A stretch of DNA of 64,000 nucleotides from Candidatus Nomurabacteria bacterium (GTDB lineage Bacteria; Patescibacteriota; Minisyncoccia; Phycocordibacterales; UBA9973): contig CAWHSF010000003.1 of NCBI GenBank assembly GCA_963832025.1, forward strand, positions 294,606 to 358,605, given 5' to 3'. The notes below the pieces were generated by a model, which saw only the letters and a program-made list of their open reading frames with translations, was not told the DNA's origin and searched no databases. The position numbers were made by a program, and so were the translations under genes. Below, piece after piece: positions 55,130 through 64,000 of this stretch; the first letter of the stretch is position 1, and each line of letters starts with the position of its first letter.

Positions 55130-55732
55130 ATGGATCAAAACTTTCAAACATCATTTATACCCAAGAAGCCAATCTTAGAAGAGCGTGCTGTTTCATCTGC
55201 GCCTGTTAGTATTTTTTTTATTGCTTCTCTCTTTATTTTGTTTGTTGTCCTGTTGGGAACAGGAGGGCTTTATTTTTATAAAACAAGGGTGATAAATAAT
55301 CTCAATGTTTTACAATCGAGTCTTACTAGCGCCCAAAACAATTTTGAACCTTCCGAACTCACACAGTTGCAGACTTTAGACAAACGTTTAAAAGCAGCGT
55401 CAGAAATTTTATCCAACCACATAACGATTACTCCTGTTTTCAATGAGCTGGAGCAGATAACCATGCATACTGTTCGCTTTACTAAATTTAGTTACGATGT
55501 AAGTTCAGACTCAACTGCAGATGTAGACATTAAAATGTCTGGTGTTGCTATCGGTTACCGTTCTGTCGCACTTCAGTCGGACTTATTAGCGCAAGATAAA
55601 AATTTCATTAACCCGGTTTTTTCCAATCTAACGCTTGATAACAGTGGCAATGTCCTTTTTGACTTGGAGTTTTCGGTTCCGGCATCTTTTGTGAATTATA
55701 AACAGTCACTTTTAGCAACAACCACCAATTAA
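55130..55732 (+). CDS. pilN: PilN-like bitopic protein
   Basis: single N-terminal TM then periplasmic domain; synteny. Confidence 0.65.
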   Translation: MDQNFQTSFIPKKPILEERAVSSAPVSIFFIASLFILFVVLLGTGGLYFYKTRVINNLNVLQSSLTSAQNNFEPSELTQLQTLDKRLKAASEILSNHITITPVFNELEQITMHTVRFTKFSYDVSSDSTADVDIKMSGVAIGYRSVALQSDLLAQDKNFINPVFSNLTLDNSGNVLFDLEFSVPASFVNYKQSLLATTTN

Positions 55733-55736
55733 TTTT

Positions 55737-56375
55737 ATGATGAGATATATTATGCCAATCATTTTAATAGGAATTGCCATAACATTCTTTTTCATGGTGA
55801 CGAATCCGCTCTACAACAATGATTCGACGACCAATCCCGGTGTTGTTCAATTAGAATCGCAGGTTGCATCTTATAATAATGCGCTTAGTACTTCTAAAAC
55901 CTTGGAAAGTGAAAGAGATGCGTTAACTCAAAAATACAACAGTATTGACCCAAATAATTTAGCTGAATTACAAAAACTTTTACCGGACAATGTAAACAAC
56001 GTCCGTTTAATTCTAGAAATAGAACAGATAGCTGCGCCTTTTAATATGACTTTAACTAATATCAAATATGACAGCAATGCAGCTTCGTCAGCTACTGGCA
56101 CTACCGCTGCGCCGGTAGTGCAGGGAGGAAATGCTACAGTCAATTCGAATCAAGATTATGGCACTTTTAATTTAGAATTTTCCACATCTGGAACTTACGA
56201 TAATTTTATAAATTTCACCAAAGATTTAGAAAGTAATTTTAGAATTGTAGATATCTCTTCCATTTCATTTTCATCCGACACCTCTGCGGGCGGTGGAGGA
56301 GTCGCAGTTAAAGCTGGCGCTCCCGAAGTGTACACTTATGATTTTAAGATTCAAACTTATTGGTTAAAGAGTTAA
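55737..56375 (+). CDS. pilO: PilO-like protein
   Basis: N-terminal TM, coiled-coil; synteny. Confidence 0.65.
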   Translation: MMRYIMPIILIGIAITFFFMVTNPLYNNDSTTNPGVVQLESQVASYNNALSTSKTLESERDALTQKYNSIDPNNLAELQKLLPDNVNNVRLILEIEQIAAPFNMTLTNIKYDSNAASSATGTTAAPVVQGGNATVNSNQDYGTFNLEFSTSGTYDNFINFTKDLESNFRIVDISSISFSSDTSAGGGGVAVKAGAPEVYTYDFKIQTYWLKS

Positions 56376-56382
56376 CAAACAC

Positions 56383-56873
56383 ATGCCAAAAATTAGAAAC
56401 ATTTTAATATTTGTAGCAATCGCAGCGGTGCTTGTTTTTGCTTACATATTTTTTGCCAAACCACCATCTGCTGAACAAACTAACTTAGTGTCTTCTTCTG
56501 GGACTACAGCATCGGGTGGGCAAGCTCCAACGTAGGCACAAATACGGCAAACGGTAGTGATACTTCCGCTGTTGCCAGCAATTTTCTAACGTTGCTTTTA
56601 AGTGTAAAAACTATTCAATTAAATACGGATATTTTTTCTGATCCAGCCTTTACTAGTTTACACGATTCAAGCATTGTTCTTGTGCCAGATGCGACGACAG
56701 GCAGACCGGATCCATTTGCACAATTTGGAGTAGGAGACACGACACCCACGTCCTCCACAACGGGAACCGTCAATCCACCCACCACAGCGTCAACAGGTTC
56801 TACGGCTTCAAATACTTCTACGCCAATTCAAATGCCAGTTGTGCCACCTGCTCCGTCAGCCACTAAGTCATAA
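56383..56873 (+). pseudogene. bitopic Thr/Ser/Pro-rich protein (PilP-like?) split by 1-nt frameshift near 56530
   Basis: MPKIRNILIFVAIAAVLVF...GGQAPT* then frame 0 continues GTNTANGSDTSAVASNF... Confidence 0.45.
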
Positions 56874-56962
56874 TTAGATACGAGTCCCGTTAGAAATAAC
56901 GAAAACTTCTCAAGTAGGTTATAATAAATGAGTATTAATAATTAATATAAATTTCTAACGGG

Positions 56963-58706
56963 ATGAGTTTTTTAGAAGAATTAGCCAAAAAGGGTTTAAT
57001 AAATGGAAACCAAATAGGTGAAATTAAAAATCGCGCAAACGAAGATTTTGGTGGCGATATCGAGAAAACACTCATCGAATCCGGTGTTCCAGAAGAAAAA
57101 ATTCTTGAAACAAAAGGAGAATATTTGGGGTTGCCGGTCAAGCAAATAAATCTTCAAGGAATGTCTTTTGATGTATTGAAATATATTTCCGAAGATTCTG
57201 CTTCACATTATAATTTTGTGCCGATAGAGTTAAGAGATGGAGTGCTAGAAGTTGGAGTGATAGACCCGGAGAACATCCAAGCGATGGATGCTCTGCAATT
57301 TATTTCCAATAAAATAGGTATTCCTTTTAAAATTTTTCTTATTTCGAGGAGTGATTACGACAGTGTCATGCAGAGTTATAAAGGCTCGGCAGTCAAGTGG
57401 AGGAATCTTTAAAAGAAATAAAACAAGAAGAAAATGAAGACGTGAAAGGTGTGAACGAAGAGAGTCTTAGCAAGGAAATTAAAAATATAAAAACAAAAGA
57501 GGAGGCAAAAATTACTGAAGCTGCGCCAGTTATAAAAATTGTTGCGGTTATTTTGCGTAATGCTCTAGAAGGAGGTGCTTCGGATATACATATTGAATAT
57601 AATGGTGAAAAAGTAAAAGTGCGTTTTCGTGTGGATGGTATATTGCACACCTCTATCGTTTTACCATCAAATGTTTACAATGGAATCGTTGCTCGTATAA
57701 AAATTTTATCCAAACTTAGATTGGACGAAAAACGCAAACCGCAAGATGGTTCTTTCAGTGCCAACATTGATGATAGAAAAATTGATTTTCGTGTTTCCAC
57801 CATGCCGGCATATTATGGCGAGAAGATCGTGATGCGTATTTTGGATTCCGAAAAAGGTGTTAAACCACTGACCGAACTCGGTCTTTCCAAAGTAAATTTA
57901 GAAATTATAGAAGAGGCAATTAAAAAACCATACGGATTGATTTTGATTACTGGTCCGACCGGTTCCGGAAAATCCACTACACTTTATTCCATGATGAATG
58001 CGTTTAGATAAAGAAAAAAGTAATATCGTGTCGTTGGAAGACCCAATAGAATACCATATGTCGGACATCAACCAATCTCAAATGATGCCGGAAATTGGAT
58101 ATACTTTTGCTTCTGGACTTCGTTCAATTTTGCGTCAGGATCCGGATGTGATAATGGTGGGAGAGATCCGTGATAAAGAAACAGCTCAACTTGCCATTCA
58201 AGCAGCTTTGACCGGACACTTGGTGCTTTCCACTTTGCACACCAACTCTGCTGTCGGAGCTATTCCTCGCTTGGTGGATATGGGAGTTGACCCATACTTG
58301 ATTGCCCCAACGTTGATTGTTTCTATCGCGCAACGTCTCGCGAGACTTACTTGTCCATCGTCGAGAAAACTCATGCCGATGGATCCAACTATAAAAATTC
58401 AGATTGAAAAACAAATGGAAGATTTACCGGAACAATTTAAACCAGCAATCAGTAATGAAATGTATGACACGGTTCCATCCGGTGAATGTCCTTCCGGTAC
58501 GCGAGGTCGTATCGCAGTATTTGAAATGTTTAAAGTTGATAAAGAAATGCAAGGCAGTGATTTTAAAAAGTCCTGTGAACGGTGAAATTTACAAACTAGC
58601 TCGCAGTAAGGGAATGTTGATGATGAGAGAAGATGCAATGCTAAAATCATTACAGGGAATTATTCCTTTTACCGAAGTTTATAACTTTAACAACGAAAAT
58701 GAATAG
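56963..58706 (+). pseudogene. pilB: type IV pilus assembly ATPase PilB/GspE, fragmented into 4 ORFs by >=3 single-nt frameshifts (~57395, ~58000, ~58545)
   Basis: T2SSE_N domain, LILITGPTGSGKSTTLYSMM Walker [37 protein letters not shown] zinc motif; junctions in short homopolymers. Confidence 0.8.
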
Positions 58707-58721
58707 TGTATAATTAATTTC

Positions 58722-58762
58722 CCTATAGTAGAACTTTGTAAAAGTTTCACTACGGGGTATAA
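58722..58762. repeat. mini family-C hairpin upstream of response-regulator gene
   Basis: ccctatagtagaactttgtaaaagtttcactacgggg (same TAGTAGAACTTTG...CACTAC arms). Confidence 0.55.
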
Positions 58763-58771
58763 TATAAATAT

Positions 58772-59173
58772 ATGGAAGGAGAAAAAAGAAAAATTTTAAT
58801 AGTTGATGATGATAGCTTTCTTTTGGATATGTATGCGCTCAAGTTCAGCCAGAATAATTTTGAAGTTTATGCGGCCAGTGGCGCGCTGCAAGCTATTGAG
58901 AAACTCAAAGGGGGTTTATTGCCCGACGTTATGTTGATGGACATTATTATGCCGGAGATGAATGGTTTTGAAATGTTAGAGCAAATAAACAAAGAAAATC
59001 TTGTGTACAGATTGTCTGAAGATAGTTTTATCCAACAAGAGTCAACAGTCAGATATTGATGAAGGTAATCGCTTGGGAGTGGCGGGATATATCGTCAAAG
59101 CCAACTCTACTCCGACAGAAGTGATTGACCAGGTGGTAAATATTTTAGAAAAGAAAGCCGTGGTGCCAAAGTA
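58772..59173 (+). pseudogene. single-domain response regulator (CheY/PilH-like) with frameshift(s) near 58990-59040
   Basis: ILIVDDDSFLLDMYA...DVMLMDIIMPEMNGFEML then other frame SQQSDIDEGNRLGVAGYIVKANSTPTEVIDQV. Confidence 0.65.
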
Positions 59174-59205
59174 AAATAATTAAGAATTAATAATTAAACA
59201 AGAAA

Positions 59206-60240
59206 ATGGATTATAAAAAAGAATTTGAAAATCTTGTTTTGAATGTTATCCAAGAAAATGGTTCGGATTTGCATTTGGGCGCCGGGCGCGTGCCGGTTAT
59301 TCGAGTAACAGGAGAACTTGATTTTTCTTGTAAAACATCCGGTTTTAACCCAAGAAGACATGCTCGGATTTTTAGATGAAATTTTAGATAAAAAAAAAGT
59401 TGAAAAATTTAAAGAAGAACAAGAAGCCGATTTTTCTTATGATTTTCGTGGAGAAGCCAGATTGCGCGGCAATGCTTTTTTTCAAAAAGGTTTAATCAAT
59501 ATGGTTTTTAGATTAGTGCCAAAAGTTAAAACACTGGAAGAGTTGCATTTGCCTAAAATTTTAGCTGATTTAACTCGCAAAAAACAAGGATTTTTTCTGG
59601 TTGTCGGTCCTGTCGGACAAGGTAAATCAACTACTTTGTCCTCAATGGTTAATTTAATAAACAATGAACAGGCGCGCCATATTGTGACCATCGAAGATCC
59701 GATTGAGCATCTTTATGTTGCCAAATAAATCCATCATCAATCAACGTGAAGTCGGTATTGATACCAAAGATTTTCATATTGCTCTCAAAGAAGTTTTTCG
59801 TGAAGATGTGAATGTTATTTTAATTGGTGAAATGCGTGACGCAGAAACTATTTCTACAGCGGTGACGGCCGCGGAGACAGGACATCTCGTGCTTTCAACT
59901 TTACATACCAATACCGCTTCGCAAACAATCGATAGAATAATCAATTCTTTTCCGGGCGACTCAACAAGACCAAATTCGCAATCAGCTCGCCTCTTCACTT
60001 CTCGGTATTTTCTCTCAAAGACTTATTCCGAGAATTTCCGGCGGACTTATTCCAGCCTATGAACTTTTGTTAAACAATACCGCAGTGGCCAATTTGATTC
60101 GCGAAAAACGCACTCATGAGATAGATGTGGTCATAGAGACAGGGTCGGAACTTGGTATGGTGGACTTGAACCATTCTTTAATTGAGCTTGTGCGTGCCGG
60201 AGAGATTTCCATTGAAAATGCTTATCAGTATTCACTATAA
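59206..60240 (+). pseudogene. pilT: twitching-motility ATPase PilT, fragmented by >=3 frameshifts (first at T5 run ~59322)
   Basis: [94 protein letters not shown]. Confidence 0.8.
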
Positions 60241-60283
60241 TCCGAAAGGGTTTAGGAAACGATAAAGATTATCATAAAATATA

Positions 60284-61493
60284 ATGTTATTCAAATATAA
60301 AGCAATAGATGACAAAGGGGTAAGTAAAGAAGGGGAAATTGATGCGCCCACTCGCGATATAGCGATTGGCGGTCTTCAACGCCGAGGCTTGGTTGTTATT
60401 TCTATAAAAGAACAAGGAGAAAAAAAATCAATTTTTGACATTTCTTTTTTTGATAAAGTAAAACAAAAAGATGTCGTAGTTTTTTCGCGTCAAATCGCAA
60501 CTTTGTTTGAAGCGCAAGTTTCTGCTTTGAAAGCATTTACAATGCTGGCTGCCAATAGTGAAAATAAACTTCTCGGAGTTAAGCTCACTGAAATTGGAGA
60601 TGATTTACAAGCCGGAGTTTCCATCTCTGGTGCCTTGGCTAAACATCCAGACATATTTTCTGATTTTTATATAAATATGGTGAAAGTCGGGGAAGAGACA
60701 GGAAAACTCAATCAAACTTTCTTGCATTTGGCGGATTATTTAGATCGTCAATATGCTCTTAACCTCCAAAACTAAAAATGCACTTATTTATCCTGCTTTC
60801 GTTATTCTTACTTTTTTTGTAGTGATGACTTTGATGTTTACGATTGTTATTCCAAAATTAGCTGCAATTATTTTGGATTCTGGACAATCCGTTCCGTTTT
60901 TTACTCAAATAATTATTGATATTTCAAATCTGTTTATCAATTATGGTATTTTTATACTCATTATTTTGGTTTTTGTGGCTATTTTGGTTTGGCGTTTGGC
61001 TTCCACCGCTTCCGGAAAAGCATATCTTGATAGTTTGAAGCTTTCTACTCCGGTTGTCGGTAATTTATACAGAAAACTTTATCTCTCTAGGATAACGGAC
61101 AATTTAAACACCATGCTTTCTTCGGGTGTGCCAATCGTGCGAACACTGGATATTACTTCACAGGTTGTGGGGTCTGTGGTTTACAAAAATTTACTGGAAG
61201 AAGTGGCAGATGGTGTAAAATCCGGATTGTCTTTGTCTGTGGCTTTTGAAAAACATAAAGATTTTATTCCACCGATTTTAATTCAAATGGTAGCGGTTGG
61301 AGAGGAAACAGGTTCTCTGGGGGCGATTTTACATACCTTAACCCTGTTTTACGCGCGTGAAGTTGATGGTGCGGTCGATACGCTGGTTGGTCTTATCGAG
61401 CCGGTCATGATTGTGATTTTGGGTGTCGGTGTAGGGATATTGTGTGTTTCTGTGCTAGGGCCAATTTACAATATGTCGAGTAGTATTAGCTAA
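60284..61493 (+). pseudogene. pilC: type IV pilus platform protein PilC/GspF, split by frameshift near 60760
   Basis: two GspF repeats (INMVKVGEETGKL... / IQMVAVGEETGSL...). Confidence 0.75.
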
Positions 61494-61494
61494 T

Positions 61495-61587
61495 CACCAC
61501 CCCCTAGCCCCCTCCTCCAACAAGGAGGGGAGGAAATATTCTCCTCCTTTTGAAGGAGGAGTGCCCTAAGGGCGAGGTGGTTCCCCT
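61495..61587. repeat. repeat family F-like compound copy F6 (pilC-pilin spacer)
   Basis: caccaccccctagccCCCTCCTCCaacaaGGAGGGGAGG...CTCCTCCttttgaaGGAGGAG... Confidence 0.6.
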
Positions 61588-61718
61588 GTGGATAACTTTA
61601 TTGCTTATATATTATTGTTCCTATGATATAATGGGTATAGTAAAAAATAAGTCGAAATTATTATTATAATTTATTATTAACTTGTCCCGAGCTTGGCGAG
61701 GGATGAAAAAAGATTTTT

Positions 61719-62205
61719 ATGAAGAAAATGAATTTCAAGAAAGGTTTTACGTTAATCGAACTCTTGGTGGTCGTCGCAATCATCGGTATTTTGGCTTCTG
61801 TTGTGTTGGCATCACTCAACACTGCTCGTGCAAAAGGTGCTGATGCAGCTAGTTAAAGCAAACTTGGACAATATGAGAGCACAGGCAGCGTTAGACTATG
61901 CTGCTACCAGTTTGTATAACACAACGGTAGGTACGGCAATCACTTGTACTGTAACTAGTGCTGGTGTATTTACGCCTGCGCCTTGTACTGGCCCTTTGTT
62001 TGGTGATACGACAGTACAGTCTGCAATGTCACAAGCTGCATCAAACTCAGGTAGTACAACCTATGGAGCTACTGATACGACTGGTCAGTTGTATGCGATT
62101 GAGACACAATTAAAAAGCGTTCCAGGTGACTATTGGTGTGTAGATTCAAGTGGCAAATCTGAAGAAAAGACTGGTACCGCTGCTTCTGCTACAGCTTGTC
62201 CATAA
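61719..62205 (+). pseudogene. pilA: type IV pilin (major pilin candidate 1) with frameshift near 61850
   Basis: class III signal: KKGFTLIELLVVVAIIGILASVVLA; C-terminal Cys pair (CVDSSGKSEEKTGTAASATAC). Confidence 0.7.
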
Positions 62206-62229
62206 TTTTGGTTAAGCTTCTTATACAAA

Positions 62230-62268
62230 AACCACTCCGACCTAGGTCGGAGTGGTTTTTGTTTTATG
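62230..62268 (+). terminator. intrinsic terminator after first pilin gene
   Basis: AAAAACCACTCCGACCtaGGTCGGAGTGGTTTTTGTTTT. Confidence 0.7.
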
Positions 62269-62331
62269 CGGGGTATGATATAATTATCGGGTAAAAATGT
62301 TCCCTTATTATTAAATAAAATTATTTTTTAC

Positions 62332-62847
62332 ATGAAAAAGAACAAAGGTTTTACCCACAAGAATATTCTAAAAAAAATTTCAGGCGGATTTACATTGATT
62401 GAGCTTTTGGTTGTAGTAGCGATTATTGGCATCTTGGCTTCTGTTGTTTTGGCTGCTTTGTCTAAGGCCAATAAAAGCGGTAACGATGGGGGTATAAAGG
62501 AAAACCTTAGAAATGCAAATGCGCAAGGAGAAATTTTTTGGAATACAAATACTGCTGCTGTGAATAGTTATACCAATGTATGTAAAAATGTTGCTCAGAT
62601 AGGCGGAGCCAACACCCTTTATTTATTTATGACTACTGCTTCCAAGGACGCTGGTTTGGGTGGTACTTATACTTGGGACGGTACAGGTAGTTTGACGACG
62701 GCCACTTGTAATGATAGTTCTTCTGCTTGGGCAGGCGAAGTGCCTCTAAGTTCAGCTTCAGGTACAAATCAAATGTGGTGTGTTGATAGCACAGGAAAAT
62801 CAAAACAGGAATCAACTTCAATTGGTGCAGGAACAGCTTGTAATTAA
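62332..62847 (+). CDS. pilA: type IV pilin (intact)
   Basis: GGFTLIELLVVVAIIGILASVVLAAL; C-terminal disulfide loop CVDSTGKSKQESTSIGAGTAC; terminator 62230-62265 upstream. Confidence 0.85.
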   Translation: MKKNKGFTHKNILKKISGGFTLIELLVVVAIIGILASVVLAALSKANKSGNDGGIKENLRNANAQGEIFWNTNTAAVNSYTNVCKNVAQIGGANTLYLFMTTASKDAGLGGTYTWDGTGSLTTATCNDSSSAWAGEVPLSSASGTNQMWCVDSTGKSKQESTSIGAGTACN

Positions 62848-62851
62848 TTTT

Positions 62852-63643
62852 ATGATTATCACTTTTACTTTAATTTTCTTTGTCTTTGGTCTCATTATTG
62901 GAAGTTTCTTAAATGTGGTAATTATTCGGCTCAATACGCAAAAATCTTTCGGTGGCAGGAGTGGTTGCATGTCTTGCATGAACACGCTTTCTTGGTATGA
63001 ATTGATACCGGTCTTTAGTTTTTTGGGTTTAAGAGGAAGATGTAAAAATTGTAAAGCAAAAATCTCAATTCAATATCCAATCGTTGAGTTTCTGACAGGG
63101 TTGATTTTTGCTTTGCTTTTTCTCAAAGCTCAATATATATTTTTTTACAACACGACACCAATATTTAGCATAATTTATGCTTTTTATGCGGCTGTTTTTT
63201 CACTTCTACTCGTGATTGCTGTTTATGATTTCAAACATAAAATAATCCCTGATACGCTTTCTCTGGTTCTAGGCATTTTGACTTTTATCGGATTATTTTT
63301 ATTTAATAGTTCAGGTTTCTATCCCCATATACCTTCGGTATTAGAATTTCTTTCAGGATTAATTATTGCCGCGCCTTTTGCCTTTTTCTGGCTAGTGTCT
63401 TCTGGCAGATGGATGGGGTTGGGAGACGCCAAACTGGCTATTAGCATAGGGTGGTTCCTCGGATTATCGCGAGCGCTTTCTGCCTTAACTATTGCTGTTT
63501 GGGTTGGTGCTATTGTGGGCATACTGCTTGTGATTTTTTCCAAGAAACACGGCATGAAAAGCGAAATTCCTTTTGCGCCTTACCTGGTGCTAGCTACTGT
63601 TTTGGTATTTCTTTTTGGTATAACTTTGTTTCCGGTTTTTTAA
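62852..63643 (+). CDS. pilD: prepilin peptidase PilD (A24 family)
   Basis: N-terminal Cys4 (CMSC..CKNC), polytopic, DAKLAISIG. Confidence 0.82.
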   Translation: MIITFTLIFFVFGLIIGSFLNVVIIRLNTQKSFGGRSGCMSCMNTLSWYELIPVFSFLGLRGRCKNCKAKISIQYPIVEFLTGLIFALLFLKAQYIFFYNTTPIFSIIYAFYAAVFSLLLVIAVYDFKHKIIPDTLSLVLGILTFIGLFLFNSSGFYPHIPSVLEFLSGLIIAAPFAFFWLVSSGRWMGLGDAKLAISIGWFLGLSRALSALTIAVWVGAIVGILLVIFSKKHGMKSEIPFAPYLVLATVLVFLFGITLFPVF

Positions 63644-63649
63644 GATATT

Positions 63650-64000
63650 ATGAAAAAAAATCGCAGCTACAAATCGACAATTGGTAATTTACAAAACGGG
63701 ATGACATTGATAGAGCTCATCACCGTTCTGGCTATTTTTGCAGTCGTATCTACTGTGGTCATTTTTAACTACGGAGGTTTCCAATCTAAAGTTGATATCA
63801 CAAATTTATCCAACGATACTGCCCTACAAGTCGTTCAAGCGCAACATTCAGCCTTGGATGGTTTATTACCGACTCAAGTATACCCTCCCGCATGGAAGCC
63901 AGCTTATGGAGTTTATTTTAGTTCCACCGTTGCTCCAGCCACAGATGCCAAAGGTGCCAATAATCATAATTTTATTTATTTTGTTGATCTTAACGAACAA
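63650..64000 (+). CDS. minor pilin/pseudopilin (3' end outside window)
   Basis: GMTLIELITVLAIFAVVSTVVIF prepilin N-terminus. Confidence 0.7.
   Translation, partial: MKKNRSYKSTIGNLQNGMTLIELITVLAIFAVVSTVVIFNYGGFQSKVDITNLSNDTALQVVQAQHSALDGLLPTQVYPPAWKPAYGVYFSSTVAPATDAKGANNHNFIYFVDLNEQ

Noticed and set aside
56383-61860. Programmed ribosomal frameshifting as explanation for the pilus-locus frameshifts
   Set aside because: There are too many events (>=10) of both +1 and -1 type at unrelated homopolymer contexts without slippery heptamers or downstream structures. Pseudogenisation or sequence error is far more likely.
1-64000. CRISPR arrays, rRNA genes, IS/transposase genes, integrases
   Set aside because: No regularly spaced direct repeats with unique spacers were seen. 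There is no rRNA-like sequence and no transposase or integrase ORF. The repeats present are palindromic MITE/REP-like elements, not CRISPR.

Overview
This window is an AT-rich (~40% GC) bacterial segment with Candidate Phyla Radiation/Patescibacteria-like traits. No rpmD (L30) lies between rpsE and rplO, several r-proteins carry Lys/Ala-rich extensions, and there is a Gram-positive-type type IV pilus locus. The core is the ribosomal superoperon tuf-rpsJ-rplCDWB-[insertion]-rpsS-rplV-rpsC-rplP-rpmC-rpsQ-rplNXE-rpsN(Z)-rpsH-rplFR-rpsE-rplO-secY. After secY the order departs from the classical layout: one small and one 294-aa hypothetical, two divergent adenylate-kinase paralogs, map, a frameshifted VirB4/TraD/HerA-class ATPase, then ndk and a CYTH/histidine-phosphatase/HIT cluster. 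Further features are infC-rpmI-rplT (minus strand, rplT frameshifted), smpB with an adjacent tmRNA, ftsH, three tRNAs, a putative B12 module (ECF-S-like membrane protein, class II RNR nrdJ, PduO adenosyltransferase), recG, znuABC-zur with a palindromic operator, an envelope-modification operon (DedA, GT4, a/b-hydrolase, PAP2, ATP-grasp), comF, and a T4P locus (pilMNO, pilB, response regulator, pilT, pilC, pilins, pilD) whose distal half carries at least ten frameshifts. The most unusual point is a ~3 kb, ~55% GC insertion inside the S10 operon between rplB and rpsS. It is built from repeated promoter/small-ORF/terminator cassettes, tiny paralogous membrane proteins and a ~190-nt sRNA. Several palindromic MITE/REP-like repeat families are scattered through the window, including copies that abut start codons, one that supplies a -35 box, and one inserted in-frame inside comF. 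No rRNA and no CRISPR array are present.
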